A stretch of 63,650 bases of DNA, the filler included, from Octopus bimaculoides (taxonomy: Eukaryota), in assembly GCF_001194135.2 (NCBI RefSeq). It is 4 parts of 4 records of this genome, joined end to end, with 100 filler letters (N's around TTAATTAATTAA, not from the genome) between each part and the next. Parts side by side here need not be neighbours in the genome. Positions count along the whole stretch, not along the records: positions 1 to 12,831 come from NC_068983.1; 3 more parts are not named here. One strand, given 5' to 3'. Positions 1-12,499 of the stretch are shown piece after piece. Position 1 is the first letter of the stretch. Each line of letters starts with the position of its first letter. The position numbers and the translations under genes are program-made. Under the pieces are notes generated by a model that was given only the letters and a program-made list of their open reading frames with translations, was not told where the DNA came from and did no database searches.

Positions 1-94
1 TGGTGGTTGTGGTGGTGGTGATGGCAGCCGTGGTGGTGTTGGTGGTAGCGTCCATAGCATTAGAGCCTTCGACGAGCACAATGATGCTGCTACT

Positions 95-145
<51 letters not shown>

Positions 146-330
146 GATGGTGATGTTGAGGAGGAGGAGGAGGAGGAGGAGGATGGTGATGGTGATGGTG
201 GTGATGATAATAATGATGATGATGATGATGATGATGATAGTGATGACGACGATTACCACGACGATGAGGGTGAAAGAGTTGAAAGAAGACTACACCTTTC
301 CCGTCATCGTCATCATTATCACTGATTTCG
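1..330. repeat. Mosaic trinucleotide low-complexity tract (TGG/ATG/GAG/CAT)
   Basis: Runs of tgg, atg, gag and cat triplets; gives poly-M/V/R and poly-H/P pseudo-ORFs. Confidence 0.9.
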
Positions 331-680
331 CTGGTCATATAAATGGTGCCGAATGAGTAAATGTTTTAAAGTGACTGAGAAAAAAGAAAACAAATATTTA
401 TAGAAGTATGCATGTTTTTAAGAGTGAGGAGGAGACAACAAGAAAGAAAAAAGAGAGAGGGACAGACAGAAAGAAAAAGAGACGGAGTGGAAGAGAGAAT
501 GAGGCACAGCAAATAGGTTGGGGATGTTGAGAGTGTGAGAGAATTATAGGGAAAAGACAGCAGCGGTGATAAGAAAATATTGTAGACAGTCTGAAAGTAG
601 TCTGAGAGAGAGCGTGGAAAAAATGGAAGCAAAATGAAGACAAAATAATAGAATTTAGGTAGAGAGTATATATGGATATT

Positions 681-786
681 AGAAGAAGAAGAAGAAGAAG
701 AAGAAGAAGAAGAAGAAGAAGAAGAAGAAGAAGAAGAAGAAGAAGAAGAAGAAGAAGAAGAAGAAGAAGAAGAAGAAGAAGAAGAA
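681..786 (+). repeat. (GAA)n microsatellite
   Basis: Uninterrupted gaa run of about 105 bp. Confidence 0.97.
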
Positions 787-1293
787 ACGCACGTGCACGC
801 ATGAGTGTGTCAAATTTAGTTGCAAAGTATTAGTCCGACGGGATCTATAGCATAAGACATTTGCCCAACATCTCGTGAATCTGAGATCACGTGATCACGA
901 ATTGAACTTCTTTAACTACAAAACCATAATTAACGATAAAAGGAATTAAGGAAATAAATAAAATTTGGTAACATCATTAATTTCGAAAATTCATTTGCAG
1001 GGCTGTGATATAAATGACGTATGAAAACAAAAATTGATTGCAAATTTTTCTCTCAGTTGAAAACAGAAAGCCTAAAACTTAACAGTGTTTGTTTGTGATT
1101 CTCGAAGAATATGGGGAATTAATCTCTGAAAATTAATTTAGAAGCTTAAAGGAAGAGAGGCTTAATCTACGTTTGCAGGCAGACACGGAAACAGCTTTGA
1201 ACCTGTTTCAGTGCATTTAGTTAATATCGGCACAGCATAGCGTAATTTAACCAAGACAAAAATTGCTAGATTTTGTTTTTTAATGGATAAAAA

Positions 1294-1713
1294 GGCGCAT
1301 GTTTGAATGTGTAGTAAGAAGTTAACTTCTCAAAAACATAGTTTGGGGTTCAGTCTCACTGCCTGTCGCCTTGGCCACAGCCGATCAAAGCCTTGTGTGT
1401 GGATTCGGTACACGTAATCTAAAGGCAGCCTGCAGTATATGTCTGAAGGTCTGCATGTGTGTGTGTGCTTGCATGTGTGTGTGTGTATGTGTGTGTGTGT
1501 GTTTGTGTTCATGTTTGTTCCCCCACCACCACCGGACAAACAGTGTTGGTTTGTTTACGTCCCCGAAAATTAGCGATTCGGCAAAAAGCAGACGATAGAA
1601 TAAGCACCAGGCTGAGAGGGAAAGAAAAAAAATAAGTGCATAAATAATAGTGCCAATTTGATCGACTAAACCTAGCATGGCTGCAGTCTAATGACTAGAA
1701 CAAGTAAAAGATA
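1294..1713 (+). mobile_element. tRNA-derived SINE, family B (bipartite, internal microsatellite), diverged copy
   Basis: Shares blocks 'gccttgtg(a/t)gtggatt', 'gtgtttacgtcccc', 'gatagaataag' and tail 'ccagcatggctgcagtc..tgact.gaacaagtaaaag' with copies at 13915, 18363, 22619 and 26490. Confidence 0.75.
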
Positions 1714-1717
1714 AAAT

Positions 1718-2570
1718 ATGTTCCAGGTTCAATCCCACTGCGTGGCACCTTGGGCAAGTGTCTTCTACTATAGCTTCGGGCCGACCGAAGCCTTGTGAGT
1801 GGATTTGGTAGACGGAAACTGAAAGGCGGCGAGCTGGCAGAAACGTTAGCACGCCGGGCGAAATGCTTAACGGTATTTCGTCTGCCACTGCGTTCTGAGT
1901 TCAAATTCCGCCGAGGTCGACTTTGCCTTTCATCCTTTCGGGGTCGATAAATTAAGTACCAGTTACGCACTGGGGTCGATATAATCGACTTAATCCGTTT
2001 GTCTGTCCTTGTTTGTCCCCTCTGTGTTTAGCCCCTTGTGGGCAATAAAGAAATAGAAATAGGAAACTGAAAGAAGCCCGTCGTACATATATATATATAT
2101 ATATATATATANNNNNNNNNNNNNNNNNNNNNNNNNNNNNNNNNNNNNNNNNNNNNNNNNNNNNNNNNNNNNNNNNNNNNNNNNNNNNNNNNNNNNNNNN
2201 NNNNNNNNNNNNATATATATAGATAGATAGATAGATAGATAGATGATTCGGCATCTATTTCTAGCATATAGGAGTCCACTTTTGCTGGTCATTCCTCTTA
2301 TTTTTGTATGTTATATATATATATATATATATAGATAGATAGATAGATAGATAGAGAGATATGTATATGTTTGTGTGTCTGTGTTTTGCCCCCCCCCCCT
2401 ACATCGCTTGACAACCGATGCTGGTGTGTTTACACCCCCGCCACGTAGCGGTTCGGCATCACAGACCGATAGAATAAGTACTAGGCTTACAAAGAATAAG
2501 TCATGGGATCGATTTACTCGACTAAAGACGGTGCTCCAGCATGGATGCAGTCACATGACTGAAACAAAAA
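1718..2570 (+). mobile_element. SINE family B, 5'-truncated, interrupted by a family A SINE and an N gap
   Basis: gtggcaccttgggcaagtgtcttctactatagc...ggaaactgaaag|insert|aagcccgtcg, then (TA)n, then the 3' half at 2375-2570. It may be two copies either side of the gap. Confidence 0.75.
1826..2061 (+). mobile_element. tRNA-derived SINE family A nested in family B
   Basis: Head gcggcgagctggcag...gagttcaaattcc (A/B-box-like); core gcctttcatcctttcggggtcgataaattaagtaccag; 12-bp direct repeat ggaaactgaaag at 1814-1825 and 2062-2073. Confidence 0.88.
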
Positions 2571-2858
2571 AATACTTTACTATAACATTATTCATTTAAT
2601 CGAGTGTCTGCCTGTTTTTAGCTCTATCTTGCATTATATTAACCACAGAGTCCGTTGGACAGTATTTTCGGATATGAAATATATTTCACTGCGATATTTT
2701 GCGCATATGTCTCCCGGTTTCCTTCGTCGATTTGCAGCATTGTTAGAGTATTTAACAAACTATCTTGCAGCGTTTATTTACGTTCCGTTAAATTACATTC
2801 TCTCTCAAAATCGCACTCAGATTAAAATTGCTTCTCATCCTTTATGATATACTATGTT

Positions 2859-3250
2859 GGAGGCGCAATGGCCCAGTGGTTAGGGAAGCGGACTCGCGGT
2901 CATAGGATCGCGGTTTCGATCCCCAGACCGGGCGTTGTGAGTGTTTACTGAGCGAAAACACCTAAAGCTCCACGAGGCTCCGGCAGGGGATGGTGGCGAA
3001 CCCTGCTGGAATTTTTCACCACAACTTTCTCTCACACTTACTTCCTGTTTCTGTTGTGCCTGTAATTCGAAGGGTCAGCCTTGTCACGCTCTGTGTCACG
3101 CTGAATATCCCCGAGAACTACGTTAAGGGTACACGTGTCTGTGGAGTGCTCAGCCACTTGCACGTTAATTTCACGAGCAGGCTGTTCCGTTGATCGGTTC
3201 AACTGGAACCCTCGATGTCGTAAGCGACGGAGTGCCAACAACAACAACAA
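2859..3250 (+). mobile_element. tRNA-derived SINE family C, full length
   Basis: A box tggcccagtgg, B-box-like ggtttcgatccc, (AAC)n tail; flanking repeat atatacta at 2847-2854 and 3250-3257; further copies at 16418 and 36695. Confidence 0.9.
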
Positions 3251-3339
3251 TATACTAAGAAACCAGTCAAAGACTAAGGCTGATAGAATTAAATCTACCC
3301 TCCTTCCAAAATTTGAGCTCTTGTACCTGTCTCAGAGGT

Positions 3340-5350
3340 CAGTTTTGAATAGCAGTTGCTGTTGTTGTTTTTGTTCTCGACGCTGCCGCTACTGTTGCAG
3401 TTGCTGTTGTTGTTGTTACTGTTGCTGCTGTTGCTGCTGCCACTATTCTTGTTATTCCTGCTGCTGCTGTCGTTGTTTTTGTTGTTGTTCTTTTTCTTTT
3501 TATTGATGGTGTTGCTGTTGTTGTTTTGGTTGTTGTTGTTGTTGTCGTTATTGAAGTGGAAGACATAACACCATGTAGTATTCAGTTAAGTAAATTTAGG
3601 TGTTCTGTTGTGGAATCCCGCTTAGCTCAACATTACCTTTCATCTTTCCAAAGTCGATAGAATAAAGTACCGATGAATGAAGTACAGGTATCAATTACAT
3701 CAATGCAATCGATTATTCCTATCCCCGCCCGAACTATAAAACATTGCACCTTTGTATAAAACTCACCTTGTTGATTTGTGTTTTATTTTTGTAGATTCCT
3801 TTTTTTGTTTTGGTTGTTATTTTGTTCAAGGTCAATCGTGATTTAAAGAACCTATAATCAAAAGCGTTCCAGTCCTGGCCATTTCCACATTTGCTTCCGA
3901 AAATATCTACTTTTACTTTTATAAGGCGGTGAGGTGTCATACGAGTATAATTTGTTACAACTTCTAATAGACTCGAGATTGATATAGTTTTTCGTTGTTT
4001 TATATTATTGTTATTGTTGTAGTTGCCGTTGTTATTTCAGTATTATTTTTGTCGTTATTGTTAGTATTGTTGTTTATCCAATCTTTGATATGGAATGGCC
4101 ATATATCCTTTTTAGCTTTTCTAGACTACACTTTTTCTTTTCTAAACTACACTTTTTAACCAATGTGTCCTTCCATACTTTAAATCGTCGGCTATGATTT
4201 GTAAGACGTTTAGCTGTTATTTCTTCCAGATCGAAGGACGACATATCGGCTGCTTTGACTTGTTTTATAGATATATTTGACTACTGATTATTCTTAACAC
4301 TTTTTTTGTGTGTATAAGGGATGTGGTGGGACGATTGAAACGAAGGGGGGGAACAGGACATATGACACTTTTCGGGATCTCCAAGATCGCTAGTAAGAAC
4401 GGTAGAATTTACCCTCACACCGGAGTCATGTCACAAATATTTACAACGAAGTTGATTATTCTCTGCTTAATGCAACCATGGACAAGATGGTTGTAATAAA
4501 CCGGGCTTTAGAAAGCGTAACACGGCTTCAGTCTACTGCATATCACTCACAAGGGATTGATCAGCCTGCGGCTATGCTACAATGGGACTTGCATTCAAGC
4601 CGTGTAAGGGGATCGAATGTGCAACCACGCAGTTACGAAGCGAACCTAAACACACCGCCAGGTTAGCATCCGCGTTGTTGCTTGCTTTCACAGCTGTTCT
4701 TTATTTCAACTCTATATTCTTCCTTTTTTTTTTTACCTTCATTGTTACTTGTGTTCTTACCGAGATGTTTGATCTAACTGTTGGTGTTGCGATTGTTGAT
4801 GTGTTTGTTGTTGTTGTTGTTACTATTATTGCAGCTGTTGTTATTGTCGCTTCTTGTAGAGATGTTTTTTTTTTCTTCTGCTAAATATCACGTTGTTATT
4901 TTTGTTTTTATTGCCGAGTCTATATTTTTTCCTTCTTTTTTTTGTTGCTGTTTTTGCCATGCAACTATTTCATTACAGTAGCTTTTATTATTGCATTTTT
5001 CTCCAACCACACCTAGTGTTTATTGTTGAAGAATTTATCAAACAGGATCCTGTTGTTATAGTTGTTGTTATTGCAGTTTTTTGCTGCTACAATTATTGTT
5101 TATGTTGTTGCCGATGTGGCTACTGTACCCCTCTAACACACACTTCCTTTTTTTTTTATTACTGACATATACTGCTTCTACTCTTGTCCCTTTTATTATT
5201 GCAACATCTGTTGTGAAAGTTGTTGCTCGTTTTCTTGAATTCCAACACTCATAAATTTTGCTGGTGCTGGATTTTGCTGTGCCAGTTCTTAGCTTTGTTG
5301 CTGCAATACATTTTTTTTATGCAGTTGCATTTTTTTGCTTTGTTATTAGT
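3340..5350. repeat. Extended cryptically simple GTT/GCT/TTA-rich region
   Basis: Several degenerate (tgt)n/(gct)n tracts at 3350-3550, 4000-4075 and 4680-5350. Confidence 0.7.
3590..3760 (+). mobile_element. Degenerate family A SINE relic
   Basis: 'cctttcatctttccaaagtcgatagaataaagtacc' resembles the family A core. Confidence 0.45.
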
Positions 5351-5649
5351 ATTGAATTCTACCACACTTTACTTCATCTGAACGTAAAGCAAAGAGATAC
5401 GTACTTTCTAAATCTTTGCCGTAAGCATCCTTAGCATTTGATCTCTGCATTATATCCAACTTAAGAGGAATTGCATAGTGTTATAGTGTTTCCGGTACAT
5501 TCTAGCTCGCATCCTGTTTACCATCAAAATATAATGCGTTGACGTTTTTCATTTGTTATCGTTTAGATATATGTGTTGTGTATGCGCTCATGAACTTCTG
5601 TGTGTATTAATATATCATGCATGTATATTGATTTTTACAACACCTATAC

Positions 5650-5663
5650 ATATGAGATATATA

Positions 5664-5741
<78 letters not shown>

Positions 5742-6090
5742 GATACACACACACGTACATCTATTGATTTATACGATACTGATATATGACATATATATTA
5801 TATTATATATTATAAACACGTACATGTATTGATTTATACGATATTAATGTGTGTGTGTGTGTCTCTGTGTGTGTAACAAATATTCATATGTACCTGTGTA
5901 TGTATAAATATATATACAGGGACGGACAAATACCAATAAACGCACACGTATACATATGTACATAGTCGCTCATATATACATTTATATACGCACTCACACA
6001 CAAATCTAAATGCACACACACACACACACACACGCACACATCTAAATGCACATACACACACATATTTATATACGTACATCTATACGCATA
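5650..6090. repeat. (TA)n/(CA)n/(TG)n compound microsatellite
   Basis: Direct inspection. Confidence 0.9.
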
Positions 6091-6479
6091 CGCACAAGAT
6101 AGATACATTGAACTTTCTTATTTTCACGATTTGTGTTATTTCGTCAGCCTAACAATACTACCGCACCAAGAAACAGAGTCATAGAAAATGATACATAAAC
6201 ACACATTTTCCACACAGACCCAAGTAAATAATGCAACAAATATCATTTTAAAAAAAAATGCACTAAAATCGTTTGAGTAATAGAATGTAATCTTGTTGCT
6301 CTAAATATTTCATTAAAAAGGGCACATCTACTAGCGGCAACGTGGTAGCAACGATATCAATGTGTAATTTGTTTGATAATCATTAACATGAATGATGATG
6401 ATGAAGACTACTACGACGATGGTAATAACAACAATGAAACAACATTAATAATAATGATAATGATAATAATCATGATGAT

Positions 6480-6950
6480 GATGTAGTACCAGGCAGTGTT
6501 ATCATGTATAATGTTCTGTCTCGGTAAATAGATGGGTCACAGCGAATATTCTGCTCAATACCACACATTTGCTTGTCAGTTGTTTGACCTTAACCAGTTG
6601 AGCATGTTCCCTACTAGCTGACGATATGTGTATCTCTGATCATGAGCAGAAGTAGTGCGGGGAACATTATAGCCATGTGTTGAAAGGAATTCTTTGGGGT
6701 TTTGATGATCCACCTTTGGAAAAATTGATGTTGCATTCAACATCTTTAAATAACCCTTATTTAGGGACCTTTTGAGCGGGATGGGCTACTCAACCTGAAG
6801 AGAGTTCTAACTGGGCTCACCTGCAAGGACATGCGCTGTTTATCTTAGTATGCGATCACCGTGTCGCGCACATATGGTTGTGATACTTGTGGTTGGTGTG
6901 CCCTTATCAGACGAGTATATGTTACCCTAGTGTCACTTTGATTGTAAGCT
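6480..6950 (-). mobile_element. Unclassified interspersed repeat or LINE 3' fragment
   Basis: Higher-complexity block ending in a (TCA)n-like tail on the minus strand. Single copy in the window; resembles octopus repeats I recall, unverified. Confidence 0.3.
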
Positions 6951-6956
6951 CTCTCG

Positions 6957-8160
6957 CTCAATAATAACTGGAAGAAATCCAAGCAGTTAATACATGGGCG
7001 ATATCACCACTTCGGTATAGAGCGGGAATTATAAAATGGCAAAAGAGAGAATTGAAGAAAATGGATACCAAGATCAGAAGAATGCTGACAGTACACGGAG
7101 CCTTCGACCCTAAGAGTGACACCGATAGGATGTATTTGTCCAGAAGAAAGGGTGGGAGAAGTTTGATCAGTTTCCAGGACTGTATCGAAGCAGAGCAAAA
7201 CACCCTATGATGGTATATAAAAAATGCCTTGGAGCCATTGTTGAAACACATGACGAAGGCCGTCGTCCTCAAGACTGAACATTGTGTAACTAAAGAAAAA
7301 TTTAACCAAGAAATGAACTAAAAATATAAGAACAGAAAAAGCATGGAAGGAAAAGAAAATGTACGGTCAGTTTGCCTTAGACATGAACGGAAAGACAGAC
7401 ACAGAGGACCGGTGGCTATGGATGAGGTGGAGTGACCTGAAGATATAGACAGAAGCACTCCTATGCTGAGCTCAGGAACAAGCGTTAAGGACCAACTACA
7501 TGAAGTGCAGAATAGACAACACTGCCGATAGCGACAAATGCAGAATGTGTGGTGAGATGGGTGAAATGGTATGGCATATCGTCAGCGAATGCCCGAAATT
7601 GGCACAACCCGAATACAAAAGACGCCATGACAATGTGGCAAGAGTGATCCATTGGGAGTTCTGTGGAAATCACAGCCTGAAAGTGCAAAGACGAGGTATG
7701 AGCAAAATCTTGTGGGCTGCAAAGATCCAGTGCGATCACCCGACCAGACATCGGAAACCGGACATTGTTGTGGTGAATAATAAAGAAAGAACATGTATGA
7801 TAAACGACATAGCATGCTCCAGTAACAGCAGGATCAATGTGAAAGAAGAAAACATTAAAGAAACTACGACGATTTGTAGCGGGAAAAACGAAGGTTGTGG
7901 TCAATGAAGAGAGTAGAGGTGATACCAATAGTAGTTGATGCACTTGGAATTATCAGCACTCAACCCCCCAACATGGCTGAAAAAGATTGGGGCAAGTGTG
8001 AAGGTAGAACTCCAAAAAAAATCAGCATTACTTGGAACTGCAAGTGTTCTTCGCAGGGTTCTTGAAGAATGATCAGTAAACAAGTGTCATGTTAGTCTGC
8101 TGTCTGTGGACAGTTGACACCTTCCATCATGCTCAGCAAAAATTTAAACGTAAAGTATGA
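6957..8160 (+). mobile_element. R4/Dong-clade (restriction-like endonuclease) non-LTR retrotransposon 3' fragment, disrupted
   Basis: Translations: 'KCRMCGEMGEMVWHIVSECPKLAQPEYKRRHDNVA' (CCHC knuckle + KRRHD), 'RKPDIVVVN...INDIAC' (PD-D/ExK), 'KSALLGTASVLRRVLE'; stops and frameshifts. Confidence 0.88.
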
Positions 8161-8326
8161 ACGAGAGCAACCAGCGTCCACACGTTGATGGAATGACATT
8201 ATCAGTTTTTAAGTTACAATTTTATAACAGGCGAAAAGAAAAAGACAGAAAAAAAAAGATGACAGAAAAAAAGGAAAGAAAAGGAAAGATGAATATTTAA
8301 TCAAACAGTTTTGTATAAATCTGATG

Positions 8327-8590
8327 TTATTCTCCTGTCATCTTATTCATTCTTCCAGGGCGTGATGTTAATAACCCGCAAACATATTTCTCCTCAGATA
8401 TTCTGTGAAGTAAAAATGAAGCAGAATCAGCATATTTTCTGAGAATATGCACTTTCAAGTCTTCTTCAAAATTGCAGCCGCTTGAAACGAAATGTTCAGC
8501 AATTTCTGTCGAACTACTGTTGTTGTGCCTGACGTCGAATCTGTGCCCATTAAACATTTTGTTTAATTGTTCTATTATTATATCAGCCTT
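8327..8590 (-). mobile_element. Penelope-like element GIY-YIG C-terminal fragment
   Basis: 'MFNGHRFDVRHNNSSSTEIAEHF..GCNFEEDLKVHIL...RISEEKYVCGLLTSRPGRMN' matches the R..EH / E..I..L.T..P.G(L/M)N end of PLE GIY-YIG domains. Confidence 0.65.
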
Positions 8591-8599
8591 AACTACAAG

Positions 8600-9400
8600 G
8601 GGCATTCTTGGAACCCGATATACAAGTGTGTGGTCAGAAAATCCAAGTTGTACACATATTTGAGTATCTTGGCAATGCCCTTAATATACCAAACGCCCTT
8701 GAAATTGAAATGTCGGTAAGAATCACCAAAGCCTGTGATGCTTTCAGGAAGTTAGGAAAATACCAGTGGTCTCCACGAACTGTCTCAGCTGATGCTAAAG
8801 TGAAAGTTTATATAACGTGTGTGTTGTCCACCGTGTTGTACGCTTGTGAGGTGGGGGTAACCTAACGAAAGCAACTGTCACAGCTGGAACGTATCTTAGT
8901 CATTGGAAAATGCACGTGAATGATGTTGGGGGTCCTTGAAAGAATTCCGAATGTTCTTGAGCCCTTTGAAAGGAGAGTCAATGATTTTACAGTACCGACA
9001 CTGATGTGTGTAGGTCGCTTAGTGAGAAAGAACTGCTGAACTCCGAAGCAACTTCTGTATGGTGATCAAAAGAATGTGAAGAGTCCAGATCATAGCTGAG
9101 GTTCAAAGATTACAAAAAAGAAAAAATATATATATCCGTGAAGAAAGCTAACTTTTCAGAAAAGAATAAGTAAAAATTGAAACTGGTAGGTAAAGTGGAA
9201 GAAAGAAAAATATGATGAAAGTGAGAATTTCGAAATACCACGAATGATTCACGCAAAATTAACGAGGTGTATTGGAAATAATGTGGACATGATAATTTCA
9301 GATGTGAGTAGCCACGTGAGCTGACATGCGATGGATGTGGAAGAGTCTACTTCAGCAGAACAGGACTGAAAAGTCACAAAAGAAGCAACATACCAAGAGC
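8600..9400 (+). mobile_element. RTE-clade (BovB-like) LINE C-terminal fragment, degraded
   Basis: 'FEYLGN...EMSVRITKACDAFRKL...AKVKVYITCVLSTVLYACE'; C-terminal 'CDGCGRVYFSRTGLKSHKR' near 9330-9390. Confidence 0.75.
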
Positions 9401-9979
9401 TGACTTGGATTGAACCATATGCATAAAAGCATAACATGAATATAACCATACTCGAGAACGTTGGAGAAAATATCATCTTCGTGTTTGTATCGTACAATAA
9501 TATATATATACACATATATGTATATTATTGTGCATGTGTGTGGGGAAGAGAGGGAGGAGAGACAGAGAGACTGAGTGGGTGAGAGATAACTTTCTAAATT
9601 TGCTGATGCAATCAACACCAAAATGTTTATTGCGCAAACACACACACACACACACACACGCATATATGTGTNNNNNNNNNNNNNNNNNNNNNNNNNNNNN
9701 NNNNNNNNNNNNNNNNNNNNNNNNNNNNNNNNNNNNNNNNNNNNNNNNNNNNNNNNNNNNNNNNNNNNNNNNNNNNNNNNNNNNNNNNNNNNNNNNNNNN
9801 NNNNNNNNNNNNNNNNNNNNNNNNNNNNNNNNNNNNNNNNNNNNNNNNNNNNNNNNNNNNNNNNNNNNNNNNNNNNNNNNNNNNNNNNNNNNNNNNNNNN
9901 NNNNNNNNNNNNNNATATACAAACAAATATACATATATATCTATGTATGTACTTATGTATATAAAGATATAGATATATA

Positions 9980-10010
<31 letters not shown>

Positions 10011-10759
10011 GTATGTATGTGTATGTGTGTGTATGTACACTCACAGAGACGCAGACAAACTCACACAAACACACGCACATTTATACATAATTGATTAGAG
10101 ATTTTCTACACAGTAAACCTTCGTTAATGAAATATTTCCCAAGAGCAATGAATGTGATAGTAAGAAACTTAGTGAAATTTATGACTGTGTCAATGTAGAT
10201 TAAATGTCTAAATATCTAGTATGATTTCCTATTATTAAAATTCTATTTTGCCATCTAAAAGCGAAAACATCTTTAGACTATACATTTATAATATTTCCAT
10301 CTACACAATGAACGGACTGGTTTTTAGTCATCATCAGTCGGGTTTCTGTTTCAAATATAGACTTTAAATATGTGAAACAGAACAAATGATGATCTAGCAT
10401 AATTGTTACATTTGAGTAGAGTGTCATATATAGCAATGATTCTTCTGTCATAGCATTCTGTACAAACGAAATTAGCCAATCTGGAGAACATACCCCTGGT
10501 ATATCAAAATGCATCATGGTCTTGTCATAAATGGACTGCGTTTGAATATAGGTATTCTCAATTATGTAAAAATTAAAATTACTAGACTGGAGAATATAGC
10601 CCTGACATAAAAATACAGCATAACTGGACTGCATTTGACTATAGTCCTTGTCAGTTAGGTGTTTCCTGAGTGATAATAATAATGTGTGCTCAGACAGAGA
10701 AATTTAAAAAGGAAAAAAAAAGCACGTGAAAAGAACTGGCATAGAAAGGGAACAAAGTG

Positions 10760-11590
10760 TACAGTCAATTTGAATGAGATACTTATGCAAAGACAGATGC
10801 AGAAACCCGCTGGTTATGGATGCAGAGGATTGTTGACTTGAAGATAGAAATAGAAGCATTTATATACGTGGCACAAAAAGAAGCATTGATGACAAATTAT
10901 GTGAACTGCAGAATTGATAAAACAAATCAGAGCGACAAATACAGAATACGGGGTGAGAAATGTGAAACTGTGTAGCACATTGCTAGTGAATAAATGAAAC
11001 TGGCACAACGACGTGAATATAAAAGGCGACGTGAATACAAAAGGCGACGTGACAATGTGACAAGAATGATCTATTAGGAGTTCTGATGAAGTTATGGGCT
11101 AGAAAGATCAAAGGGGTATAACCAAATCCCAGAAGGAATTACTAAGAATTGCAGAAGCCTGTGGGACGCAATAATTGAGCAGGACAATCAGATTAAACAT
11201 CCGAAACCTGACATTGTTGTAGTGAACAAAGAACACAATCATGCCTGATAACTGACATAGCATGTCCTGGTGACAACAGGATCGAAGAGAAAGAGGAAAA
11301 AGTGAACAACTATGATGAATTGAAGTGGGTAGTATGCAGGTTCTGAGCAATTAAGAGAGAGGGCGTGATACCAATAATGCTTGGTGTGTTAGGGAGTATC
11401 ATCACTCAACTACTAACGTGGCTCAAAAAAAATTGATATAAATATAAAGGAAGAACTCTTAAAAAAATCATTATTGCTTGGAACAGTAAGAGTTCTCCGA
11501 AGGGTTCTTAACACATGATCAGTAAAGAAGTGTCACCTTAGGCTGCTGACTGAGGACAGCTGACACTTTCCATCATACCCAGCAAAATAA
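10760..11590 (+). mobile_element. Second R4/Dong-clade 3' fragment
   Basis: Homologous to 7400-8150, including 'aaacctgacattgttgtagtgaac' (KPDIVVVN) and the same 3' UTR (tgatcagtaaa.aagtgtca...tgacac.ttccatcat); followed by a TAA/AAC-rich tract. Confidence 0.82.
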
Positions 11591-11654
11591 AGTTGACATG
11601 TTATACGGTATAACAATGATAATAACAACAATAATAACGATAATTATAATAATA

Positions 11655-12328
11655 ATCCTTTTTATCATAGGTACAATGCCTGCAATTTTGGGGTAGGGGG
11701 TAGTCGATTACATCGACCCCAGAGTTTAACTGGTACTTAAATTATCGACCCTGAAAGGATTAAAGGCAAAGTCGACCTCAGTGGAATTTGAACTCTGAGT
11801 GTAGCGACGGGCAAAATACCACTAAATATTTCATCCAGCGTGCTAACGATCCTGCCAGCTCACCGCTTTAATAATTATGATAGTAATCCTTTCTAATAAA
11901 GGCACAAGGCCTGTAATTTAGGGGGAGGAGATAGTCGATTACATCAACCCCAGTTCTCAACCAGTACTTATTTCATCGACCCCGAAAGTATGTAAGGCAA
12001 AGTTGACCTCGGCGAAATTTGAGCTCAGAACGTAGCGGCAGACGAAATACCGCTAAGCATTTCGTCCGGCGTGCTAACGATTTTACCATCTCGTTGCCTT
12101 AATAATTATAGAAATAATACTTTCTAATAAAGGTAAAAGGCCTACAATTTTGGGGACGGGATAGTCGATTATATCAACCCCAGTGTTTCACTTGTAATTA
12201 ATTTATCGACCCCGAAATGATGAAAGGCAGGGCGAACTCAGCGGAATTTTAGCTCAGAATGTAATGGCAGACGAATTATCGCTAAGCATTTCGCCCGGCG
12301 TACTAACGGTTCTGCCAACTCGCTACCT
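11655..12328 (-). mobile_element. Three head-to-tail copies of family A SINE (alternative-tail subfamily)
   Basis: About 230-bp period (approx. 11655-11870, 11884-12100, 12115-12328), separated by taataattat linkers; each has the reverse-complement family A head and core. Confidence 0.85.
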
Positions 12329-12331
12329 TAA

Positions 12332-12342
12332 TAATGATGATG

Positions 12343-12417
<75 letters not shown>
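12332..12417 (+). repeat. (AAT)n microsatellite
   Basis: Direct inspection. Confidence 0.95.
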
Positions 12418-12499
12418 CCATAAACGAACACAAAAGCAACAAGAGCAAAACACCAAAATTAACAAATACTGTATCATAATTTCGTATATATATATTTGA

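Noticed and set aside
2859-2935. tRNA genes at SINE heads (also 22619, 31445-31509, 36695, 54606)
   Set aside because: A/B boxes are present, but there is no complete cloverleaf with acceptor stem and each continues into a SINE body.
3734-3940. Minus-strand ORF ending at a strong donor (caag|gtgagt)
   Set aside because: Peptide is low-complexity K/T-rich, unrecognised, and overlaps a SINE relic boundary.
8160-8205. Hammerhead-like remnants (minus 8160-8205; plus about 13725-13750; plus about 58865-58905)
   Set aside because: Each has two or more core positions altered or missing, so the motif cannot be called from these copies alone.
10278-10634. 118-aa minus-strand ORF in unique-looking DNA
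   Set aside because: No recognisable motif and no convincing paired splice sites.
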